Below are positions 1 through 7,424 of a stretch of DNA of 64,000 nucleotides, piece by piece. The translations under genes were made by a program, and so were the position numbers. Each line of letters starts with the position of its first letter. Positions within the stretch are counted from its first letter, which is position 1. This stretch comes from an uncultured delta proteobacterium. Its GTDB lineage: Bacteria; Desulfobacterota; Deferrimicrobia; Deferrimicrobiales; Deferrimicrobiaceae. The stretch spans positions 50,897 to 114,896 of the forward strand of contig CAWEPX010000006.1 of assembly GCA_963811025.1 (NCBI GenBank), given 5' to 3'. The notes below the pieces were generated by a model that had not been told where the DNA came from, did no database searches, and worked only from the letters and a program-made list of their open reading frames with translations.

Positions 1-190
1 CCAGGGGAAGTTCCGTGCGCGCGGACTCCGAAGAGATCGTAAGCCCTTCCCGGGCGAGGAAAGGGCGGACGGAAGAGAGGATGACGTCGCCCGGAAGGGT
101 ATAGGTGAGCACGGAGAGGGAGACGAGGAGGAACAGGAGGGCGCCCGGGGCCAGCCATAGCCAGCGGCCCGGGGAAAAACGTCTTCTCAA
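1..190 (-). CDS. 5' end of a membrane protein gene running off the window (possibly a GspN-like T2SS accessory protein)
   Basis: TTG at 190-188 overlaps the TGA of the upstream gene (TTGA). Manual translation is MRRRFSPGRWLWLAPGALLFLLVSLSVLTYTLPGDVILSSVRPFLAREGLTISSESARTELPL, a basic N-terminus plus one TM helix. It lies at the distal end of the gsp operon. The family assignment is a guess. Confidence 0.35.
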   Translation of the reverse strand, partial: MRRRFSPGRWLWLAPGALLFLLVSLSVLTYTLPGDVILSSVRPFLAREGLTISSESARTELPL

Positions 191-1710
191 CGATTGCTCG
201 CCTTACGCGCGCGTCGAATCCACAGCATGACCAGGGGGAGGGCAAGGAGCAGGACATCCGGGATCCGAAACGTATTCTCACCCCCGGGGGAGGTCACGAC
301 CGTGCACCCGGATTCATTGGTCTCTATCGCGCTGGCCGCGGGCAGCCCGGTCACGTCGAGGTTCCGGTTTCCCGTCCCCGACGCCTCGCCGGACCAGAAT
401 ACGATGACCTTCCCCCCGGTGAGGAAACCGAGTGCGGAGCGGGTGTAGTCCCCCGCGAGGGAGACGGGGAACTCGGCCGAATCGAGGCCCACAGGGGCGG
501 GGAGCTTTTGGAATTGCGCATACGGAAAGTCGCTTGCGAGCTTGAAGCCGTAGTAGGTGGATCTCGTCCCGCCGGTGCCGTACCCGGTAACATGAATCTG
601 CATGAGGCTGTCGAGGAACGCCTCCGGCCGGAACAGGTTGAAGCTCTCCGGAAGAATGGCCTCCCCCGGCGGGGTGAGGAGGAATTTGGTGTCGATCCCT
701 ACCTGGACAGGGCTTCCGTCCTGATCGTCGGCGTTGGGGTTGATGCGCACCAGGCCGATGTTCCCGGCGAACTCCGGCTGGGACTCGTCGACCGCAACGA
801 TGATGACGGAGCTAGGTGTGGAGACGAGGAGGTTCGGGTCCCCCCATTTCCGGGACCGGCCGAGTACCTCCGTCGCCGCGATCGCGACGGTGTCCACTCC
901 GTCCGTCTCCTTCACCAGTGCATAATAGATCCCGTTTGCTGTGGCGGAGTCGCTGTTCGCGGCCCAGGCGACGTGCGCCCGTTTCGAGCTGTCGAGTCGC
1001 AGGCTGGGAAGCGGGCGGGAACCGGAACTGCCGGGAACCGAGGAAAGCAGAATAGGTGTTCCGGGGGAACCCGTCACGGCGGCGGTATCCAGGGAGACCC
1101 TCGCGTAGTACACGTTGAAATCGCCCGATATCCCCGCCCTGCCGGAATAGGCAATCCGCGCGGTGCCGTCCGAGGTGTTCAGCGCGAACGAGACATCCTC
1201 GTTGAACCCGCTAAGACCGGTCACGAGCCGCACGGACTGTTTCACCACCGCCCCGTCTTGCAGCGTTAACGTTGCCATATACAGGAAATAGGCCGGGTCC
1301 GGAGAGGCAGCCGCCTTGGCCTGGAAGAATATTTCCACTTCATTGGAGGACCGGACGGCGATCCGGGGGTGCCGCGCGTCCACGTAGGCGTCGTTACCCG
1401 GAGCCGCGTTGTCGATAGCGGTGGGCGGGGTGACAAGGAAGCCGGGCGTGGTCCGGGAGAGGGACAGGTTGGTGAAATCGGAACTGCCTTTGATCGCCGC
1501 GTAGAACAGAAGGAAGGGACCGGCCGTGGTGGTTGCCCCGATATAGGCCACATGAACGACGTCCCCGGATCCCACGGCGGAGGGCTGGTCGAAGACGCCG
1601 GGGATTGCGGGATCGTTCACGGCCACGGTTTTTCCCGCTCCCGCGGTCGCCGCCACCGCGATGGTCAGCAACGTCAGACAGGCCGACGTCAGGAAACGTC
1701 TCATGGTCAC
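187..1710 (-). CDS. secreted repeat (beta-propeller-like) protein with a signal peptide and a C-terminal TM/Arg-rich sorting-tag-like tail; function unknown
   Basis: Uninterrupted 507-aa ORF. N-terminus is MRRFLTSACLTLLTIAVAATAGAG (ATG 1704 or GTG 1710). Strand-like motifs recur: VHVAYIG, RIAVRSS, ARIAYSG, AHVAWAA, IYYALV. C-terminus is SGCTVVTSPGGENTFRIPDVLLLALPLVMLWIRRARKASNR. Same strand as gspK and 25 nt downstream of its corrected stop. Confidence 0.75.
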   Translation of the reverse strand: MTMRRFLTSACLTLLTIAVAATAGAGKTVAVNDPAIPGVFDQPSAVGSGDVVHVAYIGATTTAGPFLLFYAAIKGSSDFTNLSLSRTTPGFLVTPPTAIDNAAPGNDAYVDARHPRIAVRSSNEVEIFFQAKAAASPDPAYFLYMATLTLQDGAVVKQSVRLVTGLSGFNEDVSFALNTSDGTARIAYSGRAGISGDFNVYYARVSLDTAAVTGSPGTPILLSSVPGSSGSRPLPSLRLDSSKRAHVAWAANSDSATANGIYYALVKETDGVDTVAIAATEVLGRSRKWGDPNLLVSTPSSVIIVAVDESQPEFAGNIGLVRINPNADDQDGSPVQVGIDTKFLLTPPGEAILPESFNLFRPEAFLDSLMQIHVTGYGTGGTRSTYYGFKLASDFPYAQFQKLPAPVGLDSAEFPVSLAGDYTRSALGFLTGGKVIVFWSGEASGTGNRNLDVTGLPAASAIETNESGCTVVTSPGGENTFRIPDVLLLALPLVMLWIRRARKASNR

Positions 1711-1735
1711 CCCGCAACTCGCCGAATTCGGTGGG

Positions 1736-2696
1736 TCATTCTACCCTCCAGTACCGCCATTGTATAGTTTTTCCGGTACGGATGCCCACGGCGTCGATCG
1801 TCCGGATCGTGCCGGCGACCTCACCGGCGGAGCGAACGTGGAACGCGGTCCCCCGGACCTCCAGGAGGTCCCGGAACCGGGTCCTCTGGTAGAGGGTCGG
1901 AAAGGAACGGGCTCACGTTCCGGATCTCATCGATTTTTTGGAAAGGCTTGTCCTTCCGGTACTCGATGATTTCGTTGGCACTCGTCTCCGTGATCTCTCC
2001 GGCCTCGGCCGCATCCTGGCCGGCGGACAGGGCCATTAGGATCTGCTTCGGGGCCGTGTTGAGGTTGACTTTTCCCGAGGAGTAGACGGTGACGAACGGC
2101 CTCAGTTTCTCGAAGATCTCCGGGGTTACGCCCCGGACGAGTCGGAGTTCGTCGACGGTGTCGAGGAAGTCGTTCTTCGCCTTGTAGGGAAACGGCAGGG
2201 AAAGGTAGAAGGAGCTCTCCGCGCTTCCCACGCGGGGCGTGTCGCCGTTGTCGATCCAGTCGACGATGGCATCGGCAAGCAACGGGTCGATCTCGAGTAT
2301 CTCGAGAAGCTTCCGGAAGACGGCGAGCTGCTGATCGTTGGGGGCGTTCCCGTTGGGCAGCACGAGCCGGTTGATGTTGATCTTCCGTTCCTCGTCCTCC
2401 ACGGTGATGCCGATCGTTCCTTCTCCCAGCTCGATGAGGGGCACCGGTCGCGACCAGATCTCGTCGAGCGTGTCGTAATTATTGTTCTCCGCATCCTCCC
2501 GAAATGCGATCCGGGTGGCGTTGATGCCCCCTTCCGCCACTATGACCGCGCGAATGGAGTCGCGGGCGTATGCCCCCGTCTGCGCAGCCCTCGCGCCGAG
2601 CCGGAAAACTTCCCATACCAGGGTCACGATCAGCACGAGAATCATGAGCGTGACGAGGAGGGCCACACCCCTATCGCCGACCCGCAGTGCCCTCAC
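1736..2696 (-). CDS. gspK: type II secretion minor pseudopilin GspK (one apparent +1 frameshift near 1894-1896)
   Basis: GTG 2696 overlaps the gspJ TGA (GTGA). N-terminus is VRALRVGDRGVALLVTLMILVLIV. The body carries ...SFYLSLPFPYKAKNDFLDTVDELRLVRGVTPEIFEKLRPFVTVYS...NLNTAP. The ORF-track frame ends at 1821 in Pro/Gly junk. The adjacent frame reads LYQRTRFRDLLEVRGTAFHVRSAGEVAGTIRTIDAVGIRTGKTIQWRYWRVE to TGA 1738-1736. Confidence 0.85.
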
Positions 2697-3367
2697 GACC
2701 CCGCCCCCTGGCGCTTCCCCGAATACGGGATCTGCGTCTCCATTCCCGCAAGGTGAAGCGAAATGACCCGGCGGTACTCCTCCCCGGACGAGGACGTAAG
2801 GATAAACGCCACCTTTTCGGGGAGAGCGCTCTTCTTCCGGCCGCCCGTGGGCCATTCCTTCGACCACGTATTCCCGTCGAAGCTTTCCACCCGAAAACCC
2901 AGGAGGCGGTCCGCCATCCGGACCTCCTGCGTGGGGATCTGGTTCTCGATCAGGGGGAGGGAGGATTCTTCCCGGTACAACTCGATGAATCTGCCGTCCC
3001 GGCTCAGTTTCGGGAAGTATTTGAGTTTCACGATGTCGTCCGAGGGGCGCGGCCCGGACGACTGCGGAAGCACGAAGGCGGTGAAGACCAGGGTGGCGGC
3101 GGGTTTTCCGGAAAAGGTGTCCTCGTGGCAGGTAAGCGCCGTTTCCTCGATCGTGTCGGAAGAGAATGCCCCGGCGAGTTCGGTCCCGATCCGGTCGATG
3201 CTCATCCGCAGCTGCCGGTAGTCCCGGGACCGGTCCGCAAGAATCTCCCGGGCGCGATTGGTCCCCTGGAAGGAGGAAAGGAGCAACACGACGATCACGG
3301 AGAAGATTGCCAGCGTCAGGAGGACTTCCAGCAAGGTGAACCCGCGTCTGCCGTTCGTCATGCTCAA
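2693..3367 (-). CDS. gspJ: type II secretion minor pseudopilin GspJ
   Basis: Prepilin-type N-terminus MSMTNGRRGFTLLEVLLTLAIFSVIVVLLL (G/FTLLE cleavage-methylation motif). 224 aa. Sits between gspI and gspK with 4-nt overlaps. Confidence 0.85.
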   Translation of the reverse strand: MSMTNGRRGFTLLEVLLTLAIFSVIVVLLLSSFQGTNRAREILADRSRDYRQLRMSIDRIGTELAGAFSSDTIEETALTCHEDTFSGKPAATLVFTAFVLPQSSGPRPSDDIVKLKYFPKLSRDGRFIELYREESSLPLIENQIPTQEVRMADRLLGFRVESFDGNTWSKEWPTGGRKKSALPEKVAFILTSSSGEEYRRVISLHLAGMETQIPYSGKRQGAGS

Positions 3368-3732
3368 CGCACCGAAAGTCCCGCAAGCGTGATCTTTTCC
3401 TCGTTGCCGTCAGTATCCCACGATACCGTCAGGTAGACTTCCCGGGCGTCAGGGTGGAGGGCCTGCTTGACGACCAGGCTCCAGGCGTACTCCTTGTGGG
3501 GGTCGGGAAACGTTCCGTTCGTCTCCTGGATCTCCGGAAACGTTTCGGTGACTTCCTGGAGCTTTTCCTCGCCCAGGAGGATGGCCGTCGTCCACGCTTC
3601 CGCCCTCTGCTCGGCGGCCAGAGCGCCCGAGGTGACCTGGTAGGCCGTGATAATGGTGGCGGACAGTATCGCCAGGGACACGAGGACCTCGAGGAGAGTG
3701 AAGCCTTGCGTCGAAAAGGTTCTCTTACGCAT
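3364..3732 (-). CDS. gspI: type II secretion minor pseudopilin GspI
   Basis: MRKRTFSTQGFTLLEVLVSLAILSATIITAYQV prepilin motif. ATG 3732 overlaps the stop of gspH (ATGCGTAA). About 122 aa, typical GspI size. Gene order supports the call. Confidence 0.8.
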   Translation of the reverse strand: MRKRTFSTQGFTLLEVLVSLAILSATIITAYQVTSGALAAEQRAEAWTTAILLGEEKLQEVTETFPEIQETNGTFPDPHKEYAWSLVVKQALHPDAREVYLTVSWDTDGNEEKITLAGLSVR

Positions 3733-4240
3733 CGACCGGTACGTTCCCTTCGAGGACGTCCACCGAACCGTCATAGGGGTTGACCCGGAGGGTCCACTCG
3801 GGAGGGGCCCCGCCTTCGCCGGATTCGCGGAAGAAGATCCGGAAGGCGGGAATCTTTCCTCCGGGGAGGTACAGGATCTCGGTGACGATGTCGGGAGGGC
3901 GGTCCTCCCCTTCGACCCGGATCCCGGTGATCGTCAGTCCTTCCGACAGGCTTCGGGGCGGCTGCGGCGGTTCGCTCTCGCCCGTTACCTGAAACCGGTA
4001 GGTTCCGGCGGACGGGTCGATGACGAACCGCACCTCCTTCTTCTCGAAGAGCGCCGTGTCGAATGCCTCCTCGGAGCCCGCGGCGATCTCGCGGAACACC
4101 GTGTTCCGGTCGGGGCCCATGACCGTGGCGAGACGGGGGACGACGAGCCAGAGCATGAGCCCCAGCACGAAGAGTACGACCGACAGTTCTATGAGCGTGA
4201 AGCCGGCGTTATTCGGCGTCCCAGGAGTTGATGTCCGCAT
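3725..4240 (-). CDS. gspH: type II secretion pseudopilin GspH
   Basis: MRTSTPGTPNNAGFTLIELSVVLFVLGLMLWLVVP prepilin motif. The start at ATG 4240 was chosen so the leader is short; it overlaps the gspG 3' end by 32 nt. The ORF track offers an upstream ATG at 4300. Confidence 0.75.
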   Translation of the reverse strand: MRTSTPGTPNNAGFTLIELSVVLFVLGLMLWLVVPRLATVMGPDRNTVFREIAAGSEEAFDTALFEKKEVRFVIDPSAGTYRFQVTGESEPPQPPRSLSEGLTITGIRVEGEDRPPDIVTEILYLPGGKIPAFRIFFRESGEGGAPPEWTLRVNPYDGSVDVLEGNVPVDA

Positions 4241-4664
4241 CCTCGCCTTCCCCGCCGGCAACACCGTCTGCCCCGTAGGAGGATATGTCGTAGTTCCCAT
4301 GCGTGCCGGGGGAGATATAGACGTAAACGCTCCCCCAGGGGTCTTTCGGTACCCGATCGAGATATCCCTCTTTCCGGTAGTTCTTCGGTTCCCTGCCGAT
4401 TTCCGGGGCGTGCACGAGAGCCTCGATCCCCTGTTCGGTGCTGGGGTAGAACCCGTTGTCGAGCTTGAAGAGCTGCAGTGCCTGCTCGATGTTCTTGATC
4501 TGGATCCGTGTCTGGGTCCGCTTCGCCTCCTCCGTCCGTCCGATCAGCTTCGGGACCACGAGGGCGGCGAGGAGCCCCAGAATGACGATGACGACCATGA
4601 TCTCCAGGAGGGTGAACCCGGCCCGCCCCCGCAGCCGGTCGCTTCCGTTCGGTATTCTCTCCAT
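4209..4664 (-). CDS. gspG: type II secretion major pseudopilin GspG
   Basis: MERIPNGSDRLRGRAGFTLLEIMVVIVILGLLAALVVPKLIGRTEEAKRTQTRIQIKNIEQALQLFKLDNGFYPSTEQGIEALV... is a classic GspG. ATG 4664 is preceded by GAGGAGG. In the ORF track it appears only as the tail of a 557-aa chimeric ORF. Confidence 0.92.
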   Translation of the reverse strand: MERIPNGSDRLRGRAGFTLLEIMVVIVILGLLAALVVPKLIGRTEEAKRTQTRIQIKNIEQALQLFKLDNGFYPSTEQGIEALVHAPEIGREPKNYRKEGYLDRVPKDPWGSVYVYISPGTHGNYDISSYGADGVAGGEGEDADINSWDAE

Positions 4665-4675
4665 GACGTGCCTCC

Positions 4676-5882
4676 TCATCGGACGATTGTCGAGATCTCG
4701 AGCAACGGCAGCAGGACCGAGATGACGATGTAGGCAACGACCGTTCCCATGATAAGTATGATAACCGGTTCCATCAGAGAGAGCGCGCGCGACAGCCGAG
4801 CCTCCACTTCGCTGTCGATGGCCTCCCCCATCTTCTCGAGCAGGTAATCGAGCTTTCCGCTCTCCTCCCCGACGGCCACCATCTGGACGAGCGTGGGAGG
4901 AATCTCCGCGTGCTGGCGCAGCGCCTCGGACAGGGAGGATCCCTCGACGACGCGGGCCGCCGCCTCCTCGATTCGCTCCGCGAACACGGCGTTCCCCACG
5001 ACGGGGGCGACGATCCGCAGCGCCCGATCGATGGGAATCCCGCCCGCGACCATGGTGGACAGGGTGCGGGCGAAGCGCGAGAGGGCGGATAGTTGGACGA
5101 TCCTCCCCAGGATCGGCAGGCGAAGGAGCAAGGAGTCGCGGACCCGCTTTCCCTTGCTCGGTGGCAAGGTACCGTCTGCCCGCCAGCACCAGGCCCCCGA
5201 GCAGCAGGAGCAGCACCCACCATCCGGCAGCGAAGAGGCCGGAGACCGCGATCAGCACACGGGTGGGAAGGGGAAGGGCCTGGCCCAGATGGGAAAAAAC
5301 CCCGACGATCTTCGGCACCACGAAGGACAGAAGGAAGACGATCACCAGCCCCGCCACGGACGCCATGAGGAGGGGATACGTCAGGGCCGACCGGACCCGG
5401 TTTACCGTTCGGGCCTGCTCCTCGAGGTGGTCGGCCAGTCGGGACAGCGAAAGGGGAAGCGTGCCGCTCTCCTCGCCGGCGCGCACCATGCTTACGTACA
5501 GTTCGGGAAACGTCTCTGGCTGGGACTCGACCGCACGGGCAAGCGACATCCCGCTGCGGACACCCTCCTGGATCTCGACGAGCACACGACGGCTTTCGGG
5601 GTCGTCCACCTGCGCAGAAAGCGACTGAAGCGCCGACACCACCGGGACGCCCGCTCCGACGAGGGTGGCAAGCTGGCGGGTGAGAAGAGGGAGAAACTCC
5701 TTTCGGCCGAGCAGGGAGAGGGACGGAAAGAGCCTGCCTTTGTCGATCTCCTCCGTAAGCGCGAGGGGGTACATCCCGTCCGTGCGCAGCTTCAGGCGCG
5801 CGGCGAAGACGCTTTCTGCGTCGACGACCCCCTTTTTCTCGACGCCTTCCCGGGAGACCCCCGTGTACCGGTACGTGGGCAC
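4676..5882 (-). CDS. gspF: type II secretion inner-membrane platform protein GspF (one apparent +1 frameshift near 5145-5155)
   Basis: The N-terminal part (GTG 5882) runs MPTYRYTGVSREGVEKKGVVDAESVFAARLKLRTDGMYP...LAGRRYLATEQGK. The other frame continues RVRDSLLLRLPILGRIVQLSALSRFARTLSTMVAGGIPIDRALRIV...LLPLLEISTIVR. The two halves abut exactly as in an intact GspF. Confidence 0.88.
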
Positions 5883-5891
5883 GCAGACCCC

Positions 5892-7424
5892 TTAATCTTC
5901 CTGGGTGACGCGCAATACTTCCTCCGCGGAGGTGATGCCGGCGCAGACCTTTTCCGCCCCCGCGGAGAGGATCGTCCGCATCCCCCGCGAGACGCCGAAT
6001 TTCTTGATCCCCTCCGAATCCGACCGCTCCAGGATGAGGGCGCGGAGACGCTCGTCCACAATCAGGATCTCGAATATTCCCACCCGCCCGCGGTAGCCGG
6101 TGTTCATGCAGGAAGGGCACCCGCCCGCGCGGAAGAATTGCCCGGAGGGACTCCCGTCGAGACCCATCTCCCTCCACTGCGCAGGGGACGGGTCGTACGG
6201 AACCCGGCAGTCCGGGCAGAGCTTGCGCACGAGGCGCTGGGCGATGACCGCCGAGAGGGAGGAGGCGACCAGGAAGGGTTCGATCCCCATGTCCACCAGC
6301 CGCGTCACCGCGCTGGCGGAGTCATTCGTGTGGAGGGTGGACAGCACGAGGTGGCCGGTCAGCGACGCCTGGATCGCGATCTCCGCCGTCTCGGAATCCC
6401 GGATTTCCCCCACCATGATGATGTCGGGGTCCTGGCGCAGGATCGAACGCAGGCCCCCGGCGAACGTAAGGTGGATCTTCGGATTGACCTGGATCTGCCC
6501 GATCCCCATGGACCTGGTACTCCACCGGGTCCTCGATGGTGATGATGTTTTTCGCTCCCGAGTCGAGCGTTCGCAGCGCTCCGTAGAGGGTCGTGGTCTT
6601 CCCGGAGCCGGTCGGTCCGGTGACGAGCAGGATCCCGTTGGGCCTTCCCAGGAGGCGCTGCAAGGAAGCCAGTTCGTCGGGGGCCAGCCCGATGTCCTCG
6701 AGCCCCAGCAGGAGATTCGACCGGTCGAGAATTCGGAGGACCGCCCTCTCCCCGAACGCTGTGGGCACGACGGACACGCGAATGTCGATTTCCTTCCCTC
6801 CGAGGCGGATCCGGATCCTGCCCGTCCTGCGGAAGCCTGCTCTCGCCGATGTCCAGGTTCGCCATGACCTTGATGCGGGACAGGACCGGGGCGTGCCACT
6901 TCCGCGGGGGGGTGACCATCGGGTACAGGATCCCGTCGATGCGGTTGCCGGACGACGAGTTCCTTCTCGAACGGCTCGAAGTGGATGTCGCTGGAACGCT
7001 CCTGGATCGCGCGGAAGATCAGGGAGTGGACGAACTTGATCACCGGTCCCTCGTCCGGAGATTCGAGGAGGTCGCGGGTCTCCTCGATGGCCGCCTCGAC
7101 GTCGAAGTCCCACTCCCCGGAAAGCCCCTCCACGATCTCCTTCTCGGGGGCATGTTGCCGCTCGTACGCCGTGTCGATCTTCCCCAGGATGATGTCCTCC
7201 GGCGCGGACAGGACGGTGGCGGGACCGGCCAGGAAGCGGATCTCGTCCAGGGCGTTGGTGGAGTCGGGCCTGCCGGAGAGGATGACGAGGGTCCCGTCGG
7301 CATCCCGGCAGGGCAGGAGAAGATGCTTCCTGACGTATCCTATGGGGATCTTCCCGAGCAGGTCGGCCTCGGGAACGAGCGCCGCCAGGTCCTGCGCCGT
7401 TTCCTTTCTCGCTTCCTTCCCCAT
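5892..7424 (-). CDS. gspE: type II secretion ATPase GspE (three apparent +1 frameshifts near 6947, 6822 and 6505)
   Basis: Frame A: MGKEARKE...SSDIHFEPFEKELVVR. Frame B: RIDGILYPMVTPPRKWHAPVLSRIKVMANLDIGESRLPQDG. Frame C: RIRIRLGGKEIDIRVSVVPTAFGERAVLRILDRS...LLVTGPTGSGKTTTLYGALRTL...IITIEDPVEYQVHG (Walker A). Frame A again: IGQIQVNPKIHLTFAGGLRSILRQDPDIIMVGEIRDSETAEIAIQASLTGHLVLSTLHTND...CPDC...CPSC. ATG 7424 overlaps the gspD stop (TAATG). Confidence 0.9.
   Translation of the reverse strand: MGKEARKETAQDLAALVPEADLLGKIPIGYVRKHLLLPCRDADGTLVILSGRPDSTNALDEIRFLAGPATVLSAPEDIILGKIDTAYERQHAPEKEIVEGLSGEWDFDVEAAIEETRDLLESPDEGPVIKFVHSLIFRAIQERSSDIHFEPFEKELVVRQPHRRDPVPDGHPPAEVARPGPVPHQGHGEPGHRREQASAGRAGSGSASEGRKSTFACPSCPQRSGRGRSSEFSTGRISCWGSRTSGWPPTNWLPCSASWEGPTGSCSSPDRPAPGRPRPSTERCERSTRERKTSSPSRTRWSTRSMGIGQIQVNPKIHLTFAGGLRSILRQDPDIIMVGEIRDSETAEIAIQASLTGHLVLSTLHTNDSASAVTRLVDMGIEPFLVASSLSAVIAQRLVRKLCPDCRVPYDPSPAQWREMGLDGSPSGQFFRAGGCPSCMNTGYRGRVGIFEILIVDERLRALILERSDSEGIKKFGVSRGMRTILSAGAEKVCAGITSAEEVLRVTQED

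Noticed and set aside
4209-5882. 557-aa ORF that looks like a single large protein.
   Set aside because: It is a chimera of the real GspF N-terminal half, about 150 aa of out-of-frame read-through after the break near 5150, and the real GspG in the same frame. GspG has its own SD and ATG at 4664. The GspF C-terminal half is in ORF 4676-5167.
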